From contig JAADYX010000127.1 in assembly GCA_010092885.1 (NCBI GenBank), positions 2,369-66,368 on the forward strand: a DNA stretch of 64,000 bases, given 5' to 3'. The position numbers and the translations under genes are program-made. Source of the stretch: Chloroflexota bacterium (GTDB taxonomy: Bacteria; Chloroflexota; Anaerolineae; Aggregatilineales; UBA3940). Positions 18,585 to 27,753 of this stretch are shown piece after piece. How positions within the stretch are numbered: the first letter of the stretch is position 1; each line of letters opens with the position of its first letter. The notes below the pieces were generated by a model. It ran no database searches and had not been told where the DNA came from. It saw only the letters and a program-made list of their open reading frames with translations.

Positions 18585-20416
18585 AAGCCTGGGAGCGGGC
18601 AGCCGTTGTCACGATTCTGCTGGGTGTGTGGGGACTGTGTCTCTTTCGTTTTGATGCCGTCCCACCGGGCACCATCCACGACGAGGTACGCAACTATCTC
18701 AACCTTCAACTGATCGCTGAGGGTGACATACGGGCGTTGTACCCGTTCGGCGGCGGGCGTGAAGCGCTCTTCCTGTTTGTGCAGTACGGGGCGGTTCAAC
18801 TGTTCGGCAACAATCTGCTCGCGATGCGGCTGCCCGCCATCATCTTCGCGATGGCCGGTGTGTCAGGGTTGTACGTGCTGGTTCGGCGGCTGTTCGGCAT
18901 ACCGGCAGCTTTGTTCGCTGCTGTGGCAATGGGCGGATCGTTCTGGTTTGTGTTATTCGCTCGGTTAGCCACTCGTGAAAACGCACTCCCGACGCTCGCT
19001 TTGCTGACCGCATACGCGTATCTGCGCACTGTGGAAGAACAGAGGCCAGCGCTGTGGCTGTATGCGCTGTGTGGGGTGCTGCTTGGGGCAACCCTGTACA
19101 CCTACCCGGCAGGCCTGACCTTCCCCGTTGTGATTGCCGGCTGGCTGCTTGCGATCGCGCTTTCCCATCGAAAACAGATCGAGGGCAAGGTGTCTGGTTT
19201 GGCCGGAAGCCTCCTGCTGGCCGGAATCATCGCTGTGCCGCTGATCATGGCCTGGGCCACCCCACAGGCCACACAGCGCGCGGAGACGCTTGCAGGCCCC
19301 CTTGAGGCCCTTCGTGAGGGTGATCCTGGACCTGTCTTGGAGAATATCCCCCAGCTGGCTCTGATGTTCACGGTGCGGGGTGACTACGGCTCTGAGTTCA
19401 ACAATCCTGACCAACCACTTGTGCCCACCGCACCGATGGCAGCTGCGTTCTATTTGGGGGTTGCAGCCCTTTGCATTGGCCTGATACGCGGGCCGGATCG
19501 TCGTGGACCTGCCCTTGTCCTGCTGTGGATCATCTTGCTACTAGTCCCTGTCATTGTGACGCAGCGGCCTGCGGTTCCCCACCGGACAATTGGCATCCAA
19601 CCCATGGTGTTCATCCTACCCGCCCTGGCTTTCGCCTTCCTCTGGGACCGCCTTACCAGTATCACGGCTCGGACCGTCCTTGTTGGGGCAGCCCTTGTGA
19701 CGCTCGGTTTGCATGTTGGGCATGCTGCCCACGCATACTTTGTCACCTGGGCCAACAATCCAGTGGTGCGCTTCCTCTACCAGAATGATTATCGTGTGTT
19801 TGCCGCCGATCTTGCGGCTGAGGCTGCACTACCACCATCAGCCCTTGGCGGTCTGACCCCCGGCCCCATGGATATCAGCACGATGACTCTGCTCATGGCA
19901 GACGATGCGGCTGCACGGAGACTTCACCCTTTTGACCCTCGGAATTCACTGCTTGTGCCGCCCGATGGCACCATCCTCATTCCGGATTTTGTCACTCTGC
20001 ATCCAGCGCTTACGCCTTGGGTCAGCACAGCGTCTGAAGGGGCTGCCTATAGGCTTTACATGGGGGAATGGGAATGGTCAGAACCGCTCGCAGTGTGGCC
20101 CGACCGGATCGAGCTGCATGAAGTCGTCTGGGGAGAAACCATCGTAACCCGGTGGATGATCCAAGGCGGCGCATCGCAGGAGCTGCGCATCTTCTTCCAT
20201 GTAACCGATGAGGCGGGAACCATTCTTGCACAGAGCGATGTGCTCGGTGCGCCGGCACCATACTGGCATGCGGGCGATATGCTGCTGCAAGCCCATACTC
20301 TTACGCTGCCGGACCAACGGCCCCTGTATGCCAATATTGGCCTTTACGACCCGGTGACCGGCTCACGCCTGCCTGCAAGGGAAGCGGAGTTCGTGAGGCT
20401 TCTGTTGGCAGACTGA
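18581..20416 (+). CDS. GT-C fold membrane glycosyltransferase (GT39/ArnT-like) with one C-terminal beta-rich module
   Basis: ATGA overlap with the upstream paralog. The first loop carries an acidic motif (IHDEVRNY) and the protein is multi-TM. C-terminal module is IVTRWMIQ...YWHAGDML...IGLYD. Confidence 0.8.
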   Translation: MKAWERAAVVTILLGVWGLCLFRFDAVPPGTIHDEVRNYLNLQLIAEGDIRALYPFGGGREALFLFVQYGAVQLFGNNLLAMRLPAIIFAMAGVSGLYVLVRRLFGIPAALFAAVAMGGSFWFVLFARLATRENALPTLALLTAYAYLRTVEEQRPALWLYALCGVLLGATLYTYPAGLTFPVVIAGWLLAIALSHRKQIEGKVSGLAGSLLLAGIIAVPLIMAWATPQATQRAETLAGPLEALREGDPGPVLENIPQLALMFTVRGDYGSEFNNPDQPLVPTAPMAAAFYLGVAALCIGLIRGPDRRGPALVLLWIILLLVPVIVTQRPAVPHRTIGIQPMVFILPALAFAFLWDRLTSITARTVLVGAALVTLGLHVGHAAHAYFVTWANNPVVRFLYQNDYRVFAADLAAEAALPPSALGGLTPGPMDISTMTLLMADDAAARRLHPFDPRNSLLVPPDGTILIPDFVTLHPALTPWVSTASEGAAYRLYMGEWEWSEPLAVWPDRIELHEVVWGETIVTRWMIQGGASQELRIFFHVTDEAGTILAQSDVLGAPAPYWHAGDMLLQAHTLTLPDQRPLYANIGLYDPVTGSRLPAREAEFVRLLLAD

Positions 20417-20418
20417 GA

Positions 20419-21222
20419 TCAATCGTCCAACAAGGACTCCAACATGCTTAAATCCACGCGCGATGTCATGTCGAGGCTCAACGGTGTCACCGAAACCACA
20501 CCCTCGACCATGGCACCCGCGTCTGTGTCCGGGCTGGTATGCCGGTCCGGGTTGAGCTGGTAGCCCATCTTGCCCTCGCTTTGCAGACCGTTCTCGCGCT
20601 GCGGTGGCGTTGTCATGTAGTAGGGCCGCTTCTCAAGACGTGTGACTCGCCACGTCGAGTCAACTGTCGCCTGCTTGGGGATATCAACCTTGAGCACGTC
20701 CACATCGTCGGGACGCTCAACAGCGAGCAGTTTTTCGGCAAACACCCGTGCGAAGTGCATCGCCACCGAAAAGTCCACCGAGTCATCGAAATCCAGATGC
20801 AGTGCCGGATCCACCTCCAGAGAAACCGCAATTGACGGCACACCCTTCGCCGCCCCCTCCAACGCAGCCCCAACCGTACCAGAGATCGTGCCCGCTGAAA
20901 GGCCGATGTTCTCTCCGAAGTTAATGCCAGATACGACGAGGGAAGGCACACGCGGCGCCAGTTCATAATATCCATGCTGAACCGACAGCGCCGGCGAAGC
21001 ATCGGCAGCGTAGGCGTGCCATGTCTTTCCATTCAGACTGACGGTTGTCTCGAGGATGCGTCCGCTGTAGTGACTGTGCATGCTGCGCCCCGCCCCAGAT
21101 TGCTGAAACTGTGGCGCTACAATCAGCAGGTCGCCGAGTGGGTCCAGTGCGGCAGCCAACGCCACCAACCCCGGCGAGTCGATGCCATCGTCGTTTGTAA
21201 TCAAAATGAGCGGTTTGTCCAC
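20419..21222 (-). CDS. surE: 5'/3'-nucleotidase SurE
   Basis: GTG start with GGAGGG SD. ILITNDDGIDSPGL, SGINFGEN. Confidence 0.92.
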   Translation of the reverse strand: MDKPLILITNDDGIDSPGLVALAAALDPLGDLLIVAPQFQQSGAGRSMHSHYSGRILETTVSLNGKTWHAYAADASPALSVQHGYYELAPRVPSLVVSGINFGENIGLSAGTISGTVGAALEGAAKGVPSIAVSLEVDPALHLDFDDSVDFSVAMHFARVFAEKLLAVERPDDVDVLKVDIPKQATVDSTWRVTRLEKRPYYMTTPPQRENGLQSEGKMGYQLNPDRHTSPDTDAGAMVEGVVSVTPLSLDMTSRVDLSMLESLLDD

Positions 21223-21252
21223 AACAACGCCCTCCAGCTTATTTGCTACGCG

Positions 21253-21281
21253 AGTCTAACGTCTGGCTAACGCCCTGTCGA
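21253..21281 (-). promoter_or_regulatory. candidate promoter TCGACA-N17-TAGACT for surE
   Basis: Read on the minus strand between the upstream terminator and the surE SD. Confidence 0.4.
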
Positions 21282-21284
21282 CAC

Positions 21285-21318
21285 AAAAGGCCGGGGTCCT
21301 TGTTGACCCCGGCCTTTT
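21285..21318 (-). terminator. bidirectional intrinsic terminator after the sigma/anti-sigma operon
   Basis: aaaa-ggccggggtc-cttgtt-gaccccggcc-tttt, a 10 bp perfect stem flanked by A and T runs. Confidence 0.75.
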
Positions 21319-21342
21319 AAAGTCTGTAGCTAACAGGCGGCG

Positions 21343-21918
21343 CTATGGCGTGGAGGTGCTCGCTTCCAGTGAAGCCGTCAGTTTGTATGCTTCACGCAGT
21401 CCAATCCACGTGGAGGCCACAACCAGAGCCCCAACGATCACGCCAAGCGCCGTCGGGTCCGTGACAATGAACGTCACCCAGTTGGTAACCACCCGTACAA
21501 ACAGCGTTGCTAGGAAGGTTGCTGTATCGAAGATCTGCATCACCTGCGCCAGCAGGACACCAAGCACCGGCACACGAGCCAACACCGGCTGAAGCAGACC
21601 GGTCAGCAGCAGCCACGGCGTCAGGAAGCTGACGAGTGTCGCCACAATGGTCCCGCCGATCAACGCACTGAGCCAGGGCGTCCACTGCAGACGCTCCTCA
21701 TACGCTTCAATGCGTGCCATTACCTGTGCTGTGAAGTCCACCGCAGGTGCCACCTCACGCTGATTGCTCAGCATACCGTCGATAGTCTGCATACGGTCCC
21801 ACGCACGGCTGAATTCAGCCGACTCCGCGATCTGTGTGCGCAGCAGGGCCTGCTCGTCGGCATCAAGCTGATCATCAAGCGCCAGGCTCATCAGTAGGTC
21901 AAATTGATCTTGTGCCAT
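21343..21918 (-). CDS. anti-sigma factor-like membrane protein
   Basis: Its ATG overlaps the sigma gene stop (TGATG). N-terminal cytoplasmic helix region followed by 3-4 TM helices. Assignment is by position and architecture. Confidence 0.6.
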   Translation of the reverse strand: MAQDQFDLLMSLALDDQLDADEQALLRTQIAESAEFSRAWDRMQTIDGMLSNQREVAPAVDFTAQVMARIEAYEERLQWTPWLSALIGGTIVATLVSFLTPWLLLTGLLQPVLARVPVLGVLLAQVMQIFDTATFLATLFVRVVTNWVTFIVTDPTALGVIVGALVVASTWIGLREAYKLTASLEASTSTP

Positions 21919-22514
21919 CAGGCACCCTCCAATATCGGAATTAAGCTCGGAACTCCGCCCATTCGTGCCTGCTCAGCGAGCATCTGCCGCGCGCGGAACA
22001 AACGGGATTTAATCGCGCTTTCGGTTGTGTCCAGTGCCTCGGCGATCTGCGCGTAGGGCATATCATACCAGTACTTCAAGACAACCGCTGCTTTATAGTC
22101 AGGTGGCAGCGTGTTGATCAAATCTTGCACAGCCTGTTCGCGCTCGTTGAGCACGGCTGCTTTCTCTGGCCCAACCTCACTGCTGTTCAAAGCGGGGTGG
22201 GGCGGCAGCGGCTCATCTAAGGAGAGCCACGTCAGGCGTCGTTTGCGCAGCTGGTCAATGCAGTAGTTGGATGCAATCGACAGCAGCCACGTCTTGAATG
22301 ACCGATTCATATCATACCGGCTAAGGTGCTGGTATGCTCGCAGAAATGCCTCTTGCGCCGCGTCTTCCGCTGCGCGCGCTTCACCAAGCATTCTGTAGGT
22401 TACGTTGAACACCGAGCGTTGGTAGCGGTCGACAAGTTCTGCAAATACCTGCTGCTCGCCCTCCAACACACGGGCTACCAATTCTTGATCTGTTGCTGTC
22501 ACGGCTATTTCCAC
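21918..22514 (-). CDS. ECF-type RNA polymerase sigma-70 factor
   Basis: Region 2 is FAELVDRYQRSVFNVTYRMLG..EDAAQEAFLRAY. Region 4 is YAQIAEALDTTESAIKSRLFRARQML. GTG start (22514, or 22502). Confidence 0.9.
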   Translation of the reverse strand: MEIAVTATDQELVARVLEGEQQVFAELVDRYQRSVFNVTYRMLGEARAAEDAAQEAFLRAYQHLSRYDMNRSFKTWLLSIASNYCIDQLRKRRLTWLSLDEPLPPHPALNSSEVGPEKAAVLNEREQAVQDLINTLPPDYKAAVVLKYWYDMPYAQIAEALDTTESAIKSRLFRARQMLAEQARMGGVPSLIPILEGA

Positions 22515-22745
22515 CCATTTGCGGGTATCGCTTCACTTTAGTATACGGCAGACTCGCCCCCCAGGTTGCAGCAGTTTGGGAGGAAGAATCAGGCAGCGTG
22601 GGGTTCCCGTAGGGTTTCCGTAGGGATTGCGACCAGAAATATCTGCGTATCCGTCTATGCTGTATGTCGAAGGGCGAAAATCTCTTCTTCTCCTCCTTTA
22701 TGTTAGAGAGTCGGGAGCGGCGTACCCGGCTCTCTTGACATTTCC

Positions 22746-23780
22746 CTACCGGGCCAACCGGGCCACCAATGTTTCGAGGGCCAATTGTGGATCCTGCCTG
22801 CCCGTTTTGATGTCAACATCCGTTTCCAACAGCACCTCATAGATCCGTTCCAGGAGACGCAGACTGTAGTTCCTTGACTGCCCGGCCAGTTTCTGCGCTA
22901 CGAAATTGTGGATTCCCATCAGCTTGCTAGCATCATGCGGGGAGCGACCCTGCTCAAGCTGTTCTTTCATCTGCAAAAGCAGCCGGTACTGCCGCACCAT
23001 CATACTGAACACTCGCAGCGGCGGTTGATCCTCCTCGACAGTCATCTGTCGCAGCAGCGCCAATGCCACACGCCCATTGCGCTGGCCTAACGCATCCACC
23101 ATATTGAAGATGTTCGCTTCGGACTCGTACGGTGTCAGTAGTTCCACGTCCTGCGAGCTGATGGCCCTTTCGCCATTGACATAGGTCGCCAGTTTCATCA
23201 GCTCGATATCGATCAGCGTCAGTTCATCCCCAATGCGATTGGCGAGCAGTGCGGCGGCGGGCCGGTCGATGGCTGCTTCATAAAAGGACGCCCGCTTTTC
23301 AACCCAACGCGCGCGGTCACTGTCGCTGCTTGGGGAGTCAAAAGACAGCACCTTGCCGCGGGGATCGCGCTCAACAAGGCTCACCAGTTTCTTGACTAAC
23401 TGCCTGCGTGTCGATTTTCGCTTCCCTTCGCCCTGCGTGTCACCCTGCTGTGATCCGGTGCCTGTCTCCACGAAAACAACTCGTGCCCAGTCCGGCAGCA
23501 CAGCGATTAGAGCGGCCAGCCCATCTTTGACCAGTTCCTTGGCCTGCCCGGACTCCGTCAGATTGTCAACTACCACCACACGCACATCAGCCAGAAAGGG
23601 CAACGTCCCTGCGGCGTTGACAATGTCGCTGAGTTCTAACGACCGCCCCTCCAACCGTGTGAAGTTCATATCTGTGGCCGGGCTGCTGCTGTATTCTGCC
23701 AAAAAGGCCGTAAGCCGGTCACGCAGAGTGGGCTCATCCGTCCCGTGGAAGAGATAGACAACTGCCTCCGGGCTGCTCAT
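22746..23780 (-). CDS. holA: DNA polymerase III delta subunit
   Basis: Start moved to the ATG overlapping the HAD stop (ATGA). N-terminus is VYLFHGTDEPTL. Size and helical C-terminal part fit HolA. Confidence 0.75.
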   Translation of the reverse strand: MSSPEAVVYLFHGTDEPTLRDRLTAFLAEYSSSPATDMNFTRLEGRSLELSDIVNAAGTLPFLADVRVVVVDNLTESGQAKELVKDGLAALIAVLPDWARVVFVETGTGSQQGDTQGEGKRKSTRRQLVKKLVSLVERDPRGKVLSFDSPSSDSDRARWVEKRASFYEAAIDRPAAALLANRIGDELTLIDIELMKLATYVNGERAISSQDVELLTPYESEANIFNMVDALGQRNGRVALALLRQMTVEEDQPPLRVFSMMVRQYRLLLQMKEQLEQGRSPHDASKLMGIHNFVAQKLAGQSRNYSLRLLERIYEVLLETDVDIKTGRQDPQLALETLVARLAR

Positions 23781-24538
23781 CCGGTTGCCTGCCAGCCCGG
23801 ATACCAACGGTCGATGACCCCAGGGAGTTCGCCAAGCGAGTCAATGATGGCATTTGGTTTGATTGAGTCATCAAGGCCCTGTGAGAACGGCCTGCGTACC
23901 CAGACGGCGCGCATTCCTGCGGCCTGCGCCCCGAGCACATCGTCATGTGGACGGTCACCCACGTAGAAGGTCTCGTCGGCGGCTACGCCCAGCGCATTCA
24001 TCACCACCCGAAACGGCTCTGGATGCGGCTTGATGATCCCGACATCCGCCGCTGAGGTCCGGTAGTCGAAGTAATCCAACAGGCCCAGGGTTTCCAATTC
24101 AATGTCACGCAGGCGCATAGGCTGGGCAGCATTGGTCAGTAGGCCGATCTTCAGACCGCTTTCCCGCAGCCGCGTCAGGATGGGCTTGGTGTGCGGGAAG
24201 GCCTTTACCCCCGGAACGAGTCCCCAAGCCAACCGCTCGTATAAGAGTTCCATCCCGATCTCGTCTACCGGCACGCCGTGATCGCGCAGGCTGTCCTGCA
24301 GGATGACCCGATGCTGCGGCGACTTCCACTCCGGCGGCATGGTTGCCCGCCATGCCCCTCTGATGCGCTCCTGTAAGTCTGAGACCAACAGCGCGGAGTC
24401 CGGCACGGCATGGCTTGCCTCCGCCAGATAGCTCAGCACAGGTGCTAACTGCCCAGCAATAATATCGTCCCAGTTCTGCGTGACACCGCTCCAGTCGATG
24501 AGCGTGTCGTCCAGATCAAAGATAACAGCCTTGATCAT
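23777..24538 (-). CDS. HAD-superfamily hydrolase
   Basis: Motif I FDLDDTL, motif IV GDRPHDDVLGA. ATGA overlap with the Nudix stop. Confidence 0.85.
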   Translation of the reverse strand: MIKAVIFDLDDTLIDWSGVTQNWDDIIAGQLAPVLSYLAEASHAVPDSALLVSDLQERIRGAWRATMPPEWKSPQHRVILQDSLRDHGVPVDEIGMELLYERLAWGLVPGVKAFPHTKPILTRLRESGLKIGLLTNAAQPMRLRDIELETLGLLDYFDYRTSAADVGIIKPHPEPFRVVMNALGVAADETFYVGDRPHDDVLGAQAAGMRAVWVRRPFSQGLDDSIKPNAIIDSLGELPGVIDRWYPGWQATG

Positions 24539-25071
24539 CCATCCTCCAATAAATGCTCAACCAGACAGAGGGCAAGGGCACATGGCGCATCCTTGATCGC
24601 GCCGCGCCTCACCATATCATACACGTCCTTTTTCTCCAGAATGTGACTTTCAATGATCTCTGTTGGGTCGCGGGCGTGGGTGCCAAGCCGCACATCACGC
24701 GCCAGAAATACGTATGACCGCTCATTACTGATGCCCGGCATCGTGAAGAAATCACCAACCAGAGTTAAAGACTCAGTGCGGCCGCCGATCTCCTCGCGCA
24801 GTTCGGTACGCGCCATAGCTGTCGGGTCAATACCATCCTCGATGCTCCCGGCGGGTACCGCCCAAACCCAGTCCCGCACGGTGTGCCGGTAGTGCCGGAT
24901 CAGCACAATCCGCCCGTCCGGGAGCACAGGTATGATAAAGACCGCATCACGGCGGTCCACGACATTGTATTCTCCCAGGCTGCCATCCGGCAGCAGGATG
25001 TCATCGCGCCGGATAGCATACCAGCGGTTGCGCAGCAGAACTTCCGTGTGGAGTGTTTTTATCGGGTACAT
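24535..25071 (-). CDS. Nudix hydrolase (ADP-ribose pyrophosphatase-like)
   Basis: Nudix box-like segment GSIEDGIDPTAMARTELREEIGG. Confidence 0.8.
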   Translation of the reverse strand: MYPIKTLHTEVLLRNRWYAIRRDDILLPDGSLGEYNVVDRRDAVFIIPVLPDGRIVLIRHYRHTVRDWVWAVPAGSIEDGIDPTAMARTELREEIGGRTESLTLVGDFFTMPGISNERSYVFLARDVRLGTHARDPTEIIESHILEKKDVYDMVRRGAIKDAPCALALCLVEHLLEDG

Positions 25072-25095
25072 GTGCCGATTTTAATGGTGCCGCCA

Positions 25096-26316
25096 TCAGA
25101 CCGCCACCCGTTCAACCGCGGCCATCACATCCTTGAGAATGGGCTTGCGCACAAAATACAGCACCTCTCCGGGCACATTCTTCAATTTCTCCCCACCCAG
25201 ATTGACCCGTTCGTACACCAACAGGATCAGGTTCTGCCGGTTCGCCTGGCGGACTTTCATCAGCTTGCGCCGCAGGTAGTCCGGATGCCAGAAACCGAGG
25301 ATCTCAACCAACGCCCGCCGTCCATCCTTGCGGTTGGTAATGGCAAAATCTGGGATGAAGACGGTATCCCCCAACAGGATGACCTCATCCTCGCGGGTTA
25401 ATTCCCAACCGCTGCGCTTATCGCCGAACTTCTCACGGAACTCCGCAGCGAAATTCGCCTCCATCTTGCTGTCAAAAGCACCACTCCGCTTGAATACGGA
25501 CGGAAGCGGATCGTAGTTGTTCAGCTGGTAGGTGAGCCAGGCATCAGCGCCGGGCGGCTTCACTTCGGCCTGCATCTGCCAGCGGCTGCCGAGCAGTAGC
25601 GCGGGCAGAAATGCCGCCAGCTGCCGCCCATAGCGTGTTGTGGATTGCACAAAAGGTGAGATCGGCCCATCCAGCTCGACCCGGTAGCCATCATCACTGA
25701 GGGGTGTTCCCCAAAACATCAGCTTGAACAGTTTGACGTACCGCCAGAAATCTTTGTAGCCATCGAACACCCGGACCGTCATCTGACGGGCCCAATACAG
25801 AACACCACGCGCCAGCTCAAGATTGTAGCGGGCCAGCAGACCATCGGCTGTCCATGGACCACCAGTATCAACCAGCAGATAGGCACCTGGCCGGTCGGCA
25901 AACAGCGCATTTTCCACCGCAGCCGGGTCGAGACCAACCTCAGCTGCTGCTGCCGCGATGCGTTCTTCCCGGCTCACCGGCTGGAACAGCAGCGGCTTGT
26001 CGAACGCCGGCCCTTTGCTGAACAGCATCTGCCGCAGCTCAGTCGGATCAACAGGCAGATCAGGTGGCGCGAAAACCGCATCATCGCACAGCACCTTGCC
26101 CAATCCACGCAGCACAACATAGTCAAGGCGATCGCCTTCATAGGCTTCCAAGGCGTCATCCCAGACCGAGCGGGGCTGTCCATAATGGCTTTCGAACAGT
26201 GCGATCAGCTCTGCGGCCGTCTGCCGCCAATGTGTGTTCGCCACATCCACCCCTTCGATCTCGACCTGCGTGCCACGTATACGCAGCCGGGGACGCACAA
26301 GATCACCGGTAAGCAC
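25096..26316 (-). CDS. DUF790 / Bax1-type endonuclease (XPB partner)
   Basis: Start moved to GTG 26316 (MLTGDLVRPRLR) with GGAGGG SD, overlapping the helicase 3' end by 14 nt. C-terminal nuclease-like core is FIPDFAI....ALVEILGFWHPDYLRRKL. Confidence 0.8.
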   Translation of the reverse strand: MLTGDLVRPRLRIRGTQVEIEGVDVANTHWRQTAAELIALFESHYGQPRSVWDDALEAYEGDRLDYVVLRGLGKVLCDDAVFAPPDLPVDPTELRQMLFSKGPAFDKPLLFQPVSREERIAAAAAEVGLDPAAVENALFADRPGAYLLVDTGGPWTADGLLARYNLELARGVLYWARQMTVRVFDGYKDFWRYVKLFKLMFWGTPLSDDGYRVELDGPISPFVQSTTRYGRQLAAFLPALLLGSRWQMQAEVKPPGADAWLTYQLNNYDPLPSVFKRSGAFDSKMEANFAAEFREKFGDKRSGWELTREDEVILLGDTVFIPDFAITNRKDGRRALVEILGFWHPDYLRRKLMKVRQANRQNLILLVYERVNLGGEKLKNVPGEVLYFVRKPILKDVMAAVERVAV

Positions 26317-27661
26317 GCTTCGCCCTCCGTCTTGCTCGTGCACGGTTCTCGTCAACGGTGTTGCGCACGATCACCTCGTACAGCATTGCCTCCTGATTGC
26401 CCTTCTTTCTCAGCACGCGCCCCAACCGTTGAATATACTCGCGTGCGCTTGATGTCCCGCCCAAGACCACTGCGATCTTCGCTTCCGGCACATCCACACC
26501 TTCATTGAGCACACGCGAGGTGACCACTGCCCCATACGTGCCTTCTCGAAAGCCATCGAGGATGGCTTTGCGCTCAGCGGATTTTGTCTCATGGGTGACA
26601 GCTGGTATCAGATGACGCCGCGCGATCGCATAAACGGTTTCGTTGCTCTCTGTAAAGATCAGCACACGATCATGGATGTGTTCCTGCAGCAGGTCACCGA
26701 GCAGATCGAGCTTATTCGCTGCCAGCGCGATCAATCGGAGGATGCGCTGCCGGGCCAGCAAAGCGCGCCTCGCCTCCTGATCAAAGGCACTCAGCCGCAT
26801 CAGTTCCATTAACCAGCCGGGGCCATGCGTCCGATGCAGCCGCCTTGTCCGGAAGAACGTCGCGTAGATATCCCAGTCCGCCTCATATCGCTGCCGTTCT
26901 GCCGGGGTCAGGTCAACACGAATGCGTTCTGTCCGGTAATCGGCCAGCTGTTTGCCGCGCAGATCCTCGATGTGCTTCTCGTATACAATCGGCCCGATCA
27001 GTTCATCCACCTGCCAACGGTTATCGGTCTGCTCGTGAGCTTCTGGATAAGTTGCTGTCAGCCCCAGCCGGTATGGCGATGGTGCCATCAAGGCGATCTC
27101 TCCCCAGCTTGGTGCGGGCAGATGATGTACTTCGTCAAACACAATCATCCGGAAGCTGTTACCGCGGTCAGCGACCAGATCCCCGGCAGAGTGGTATGTG
27201 GTTACCGTCAGCGGATGTACGGACTTTTCTCCACCATAGTACACACCGACCTCCACGCCAAACGTATTGACCAGCCGTGCATACCATTGGTGCAAGAGAT
27301 CCAGGGTGGGCGCCACAACCAGCGTGGCACAGTTGACCGCAGCTATCGCCTGAATGGCAACGAAGGTTTTCCCCGCGCCGGTTGGCAGCACCACCGATCC
27401 GCAACACTCCGCCTGCTGCCAGGCTTGCAGTGCTGCACGCTGATAGTCGTGCGGCACACGGTTTGTATCCAGCAAGAGTTCAGTTTGAGGCCAGTCAGGC
27501 ACGCGGTCGAGAACACCCGCCATAGCAAGCCAATCCACGAGGCTCGCATAGTAAAAGCCCTCGCAGCGCCAAGCCGCCTTCACCCATCGGAAGGGCGCCG
27601 GTGCCTGATCAAATTCCCTGAGAACGAGTGTCCCCCCCTGGTAGGTCAATACCGGTGGCAT
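26303..27661 (-). CDS. XPB/Rad25/ERCC3-like SF2 DNA helicase
   Basis: Motif I VLPTGAGKT, II FDEVHHLP, III GLTAT, VI YIQRLGRVLR. ATG 27661 preferred over TTG 27682. Confidence 0.85.
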   Translation of the reverse strand: MPPVLTYQGGTLVLREFDQAPAPFRWVKAAWRCEGFYYASLVDWLAMAGVLDRVPDWPQTELLLDTNRVPHDYQRAALQAWQQAECCGSVVLPTGAGKTFVAIQAIAAVNCATLVVAPTLDLLHQWYARLVNTFGVEVGVYYGGEKSVHPLTVTTYHSAGDLVADRGNSFRMIVFDEVHHLPAPSWGEIALMAPSPYRLGLTATYPEAHEQTDNRWQVDELIGPIVYEKHIEDLRGKQLADYRTERIRVDLTPAERQRYEADWDIYATFFRTRRLHRTHGPGWLMELMRLSAFDQEARRALLARQRILRLIALAANKLDLLGDLLQEHIHDRVLIFTESNETVYAIARRHLIPAVTHETKSAERKAILDGFREGTYGAVVTSRVLNEGVDVPEAKIAVVLGGTSSAREYIQRLGRVLRKKGNQEAMLYEVIVRNTVDENRARARRRAKRAYR

Positions 27662-27753
27662 GAGTTTAGGGTACCGTAACAACCGAAACGGCCACAGATG
27701 GAGCCGTGTATAATACGCATAAAGACGCTAACAAGGGTAGGGGCCGGCTGCAC

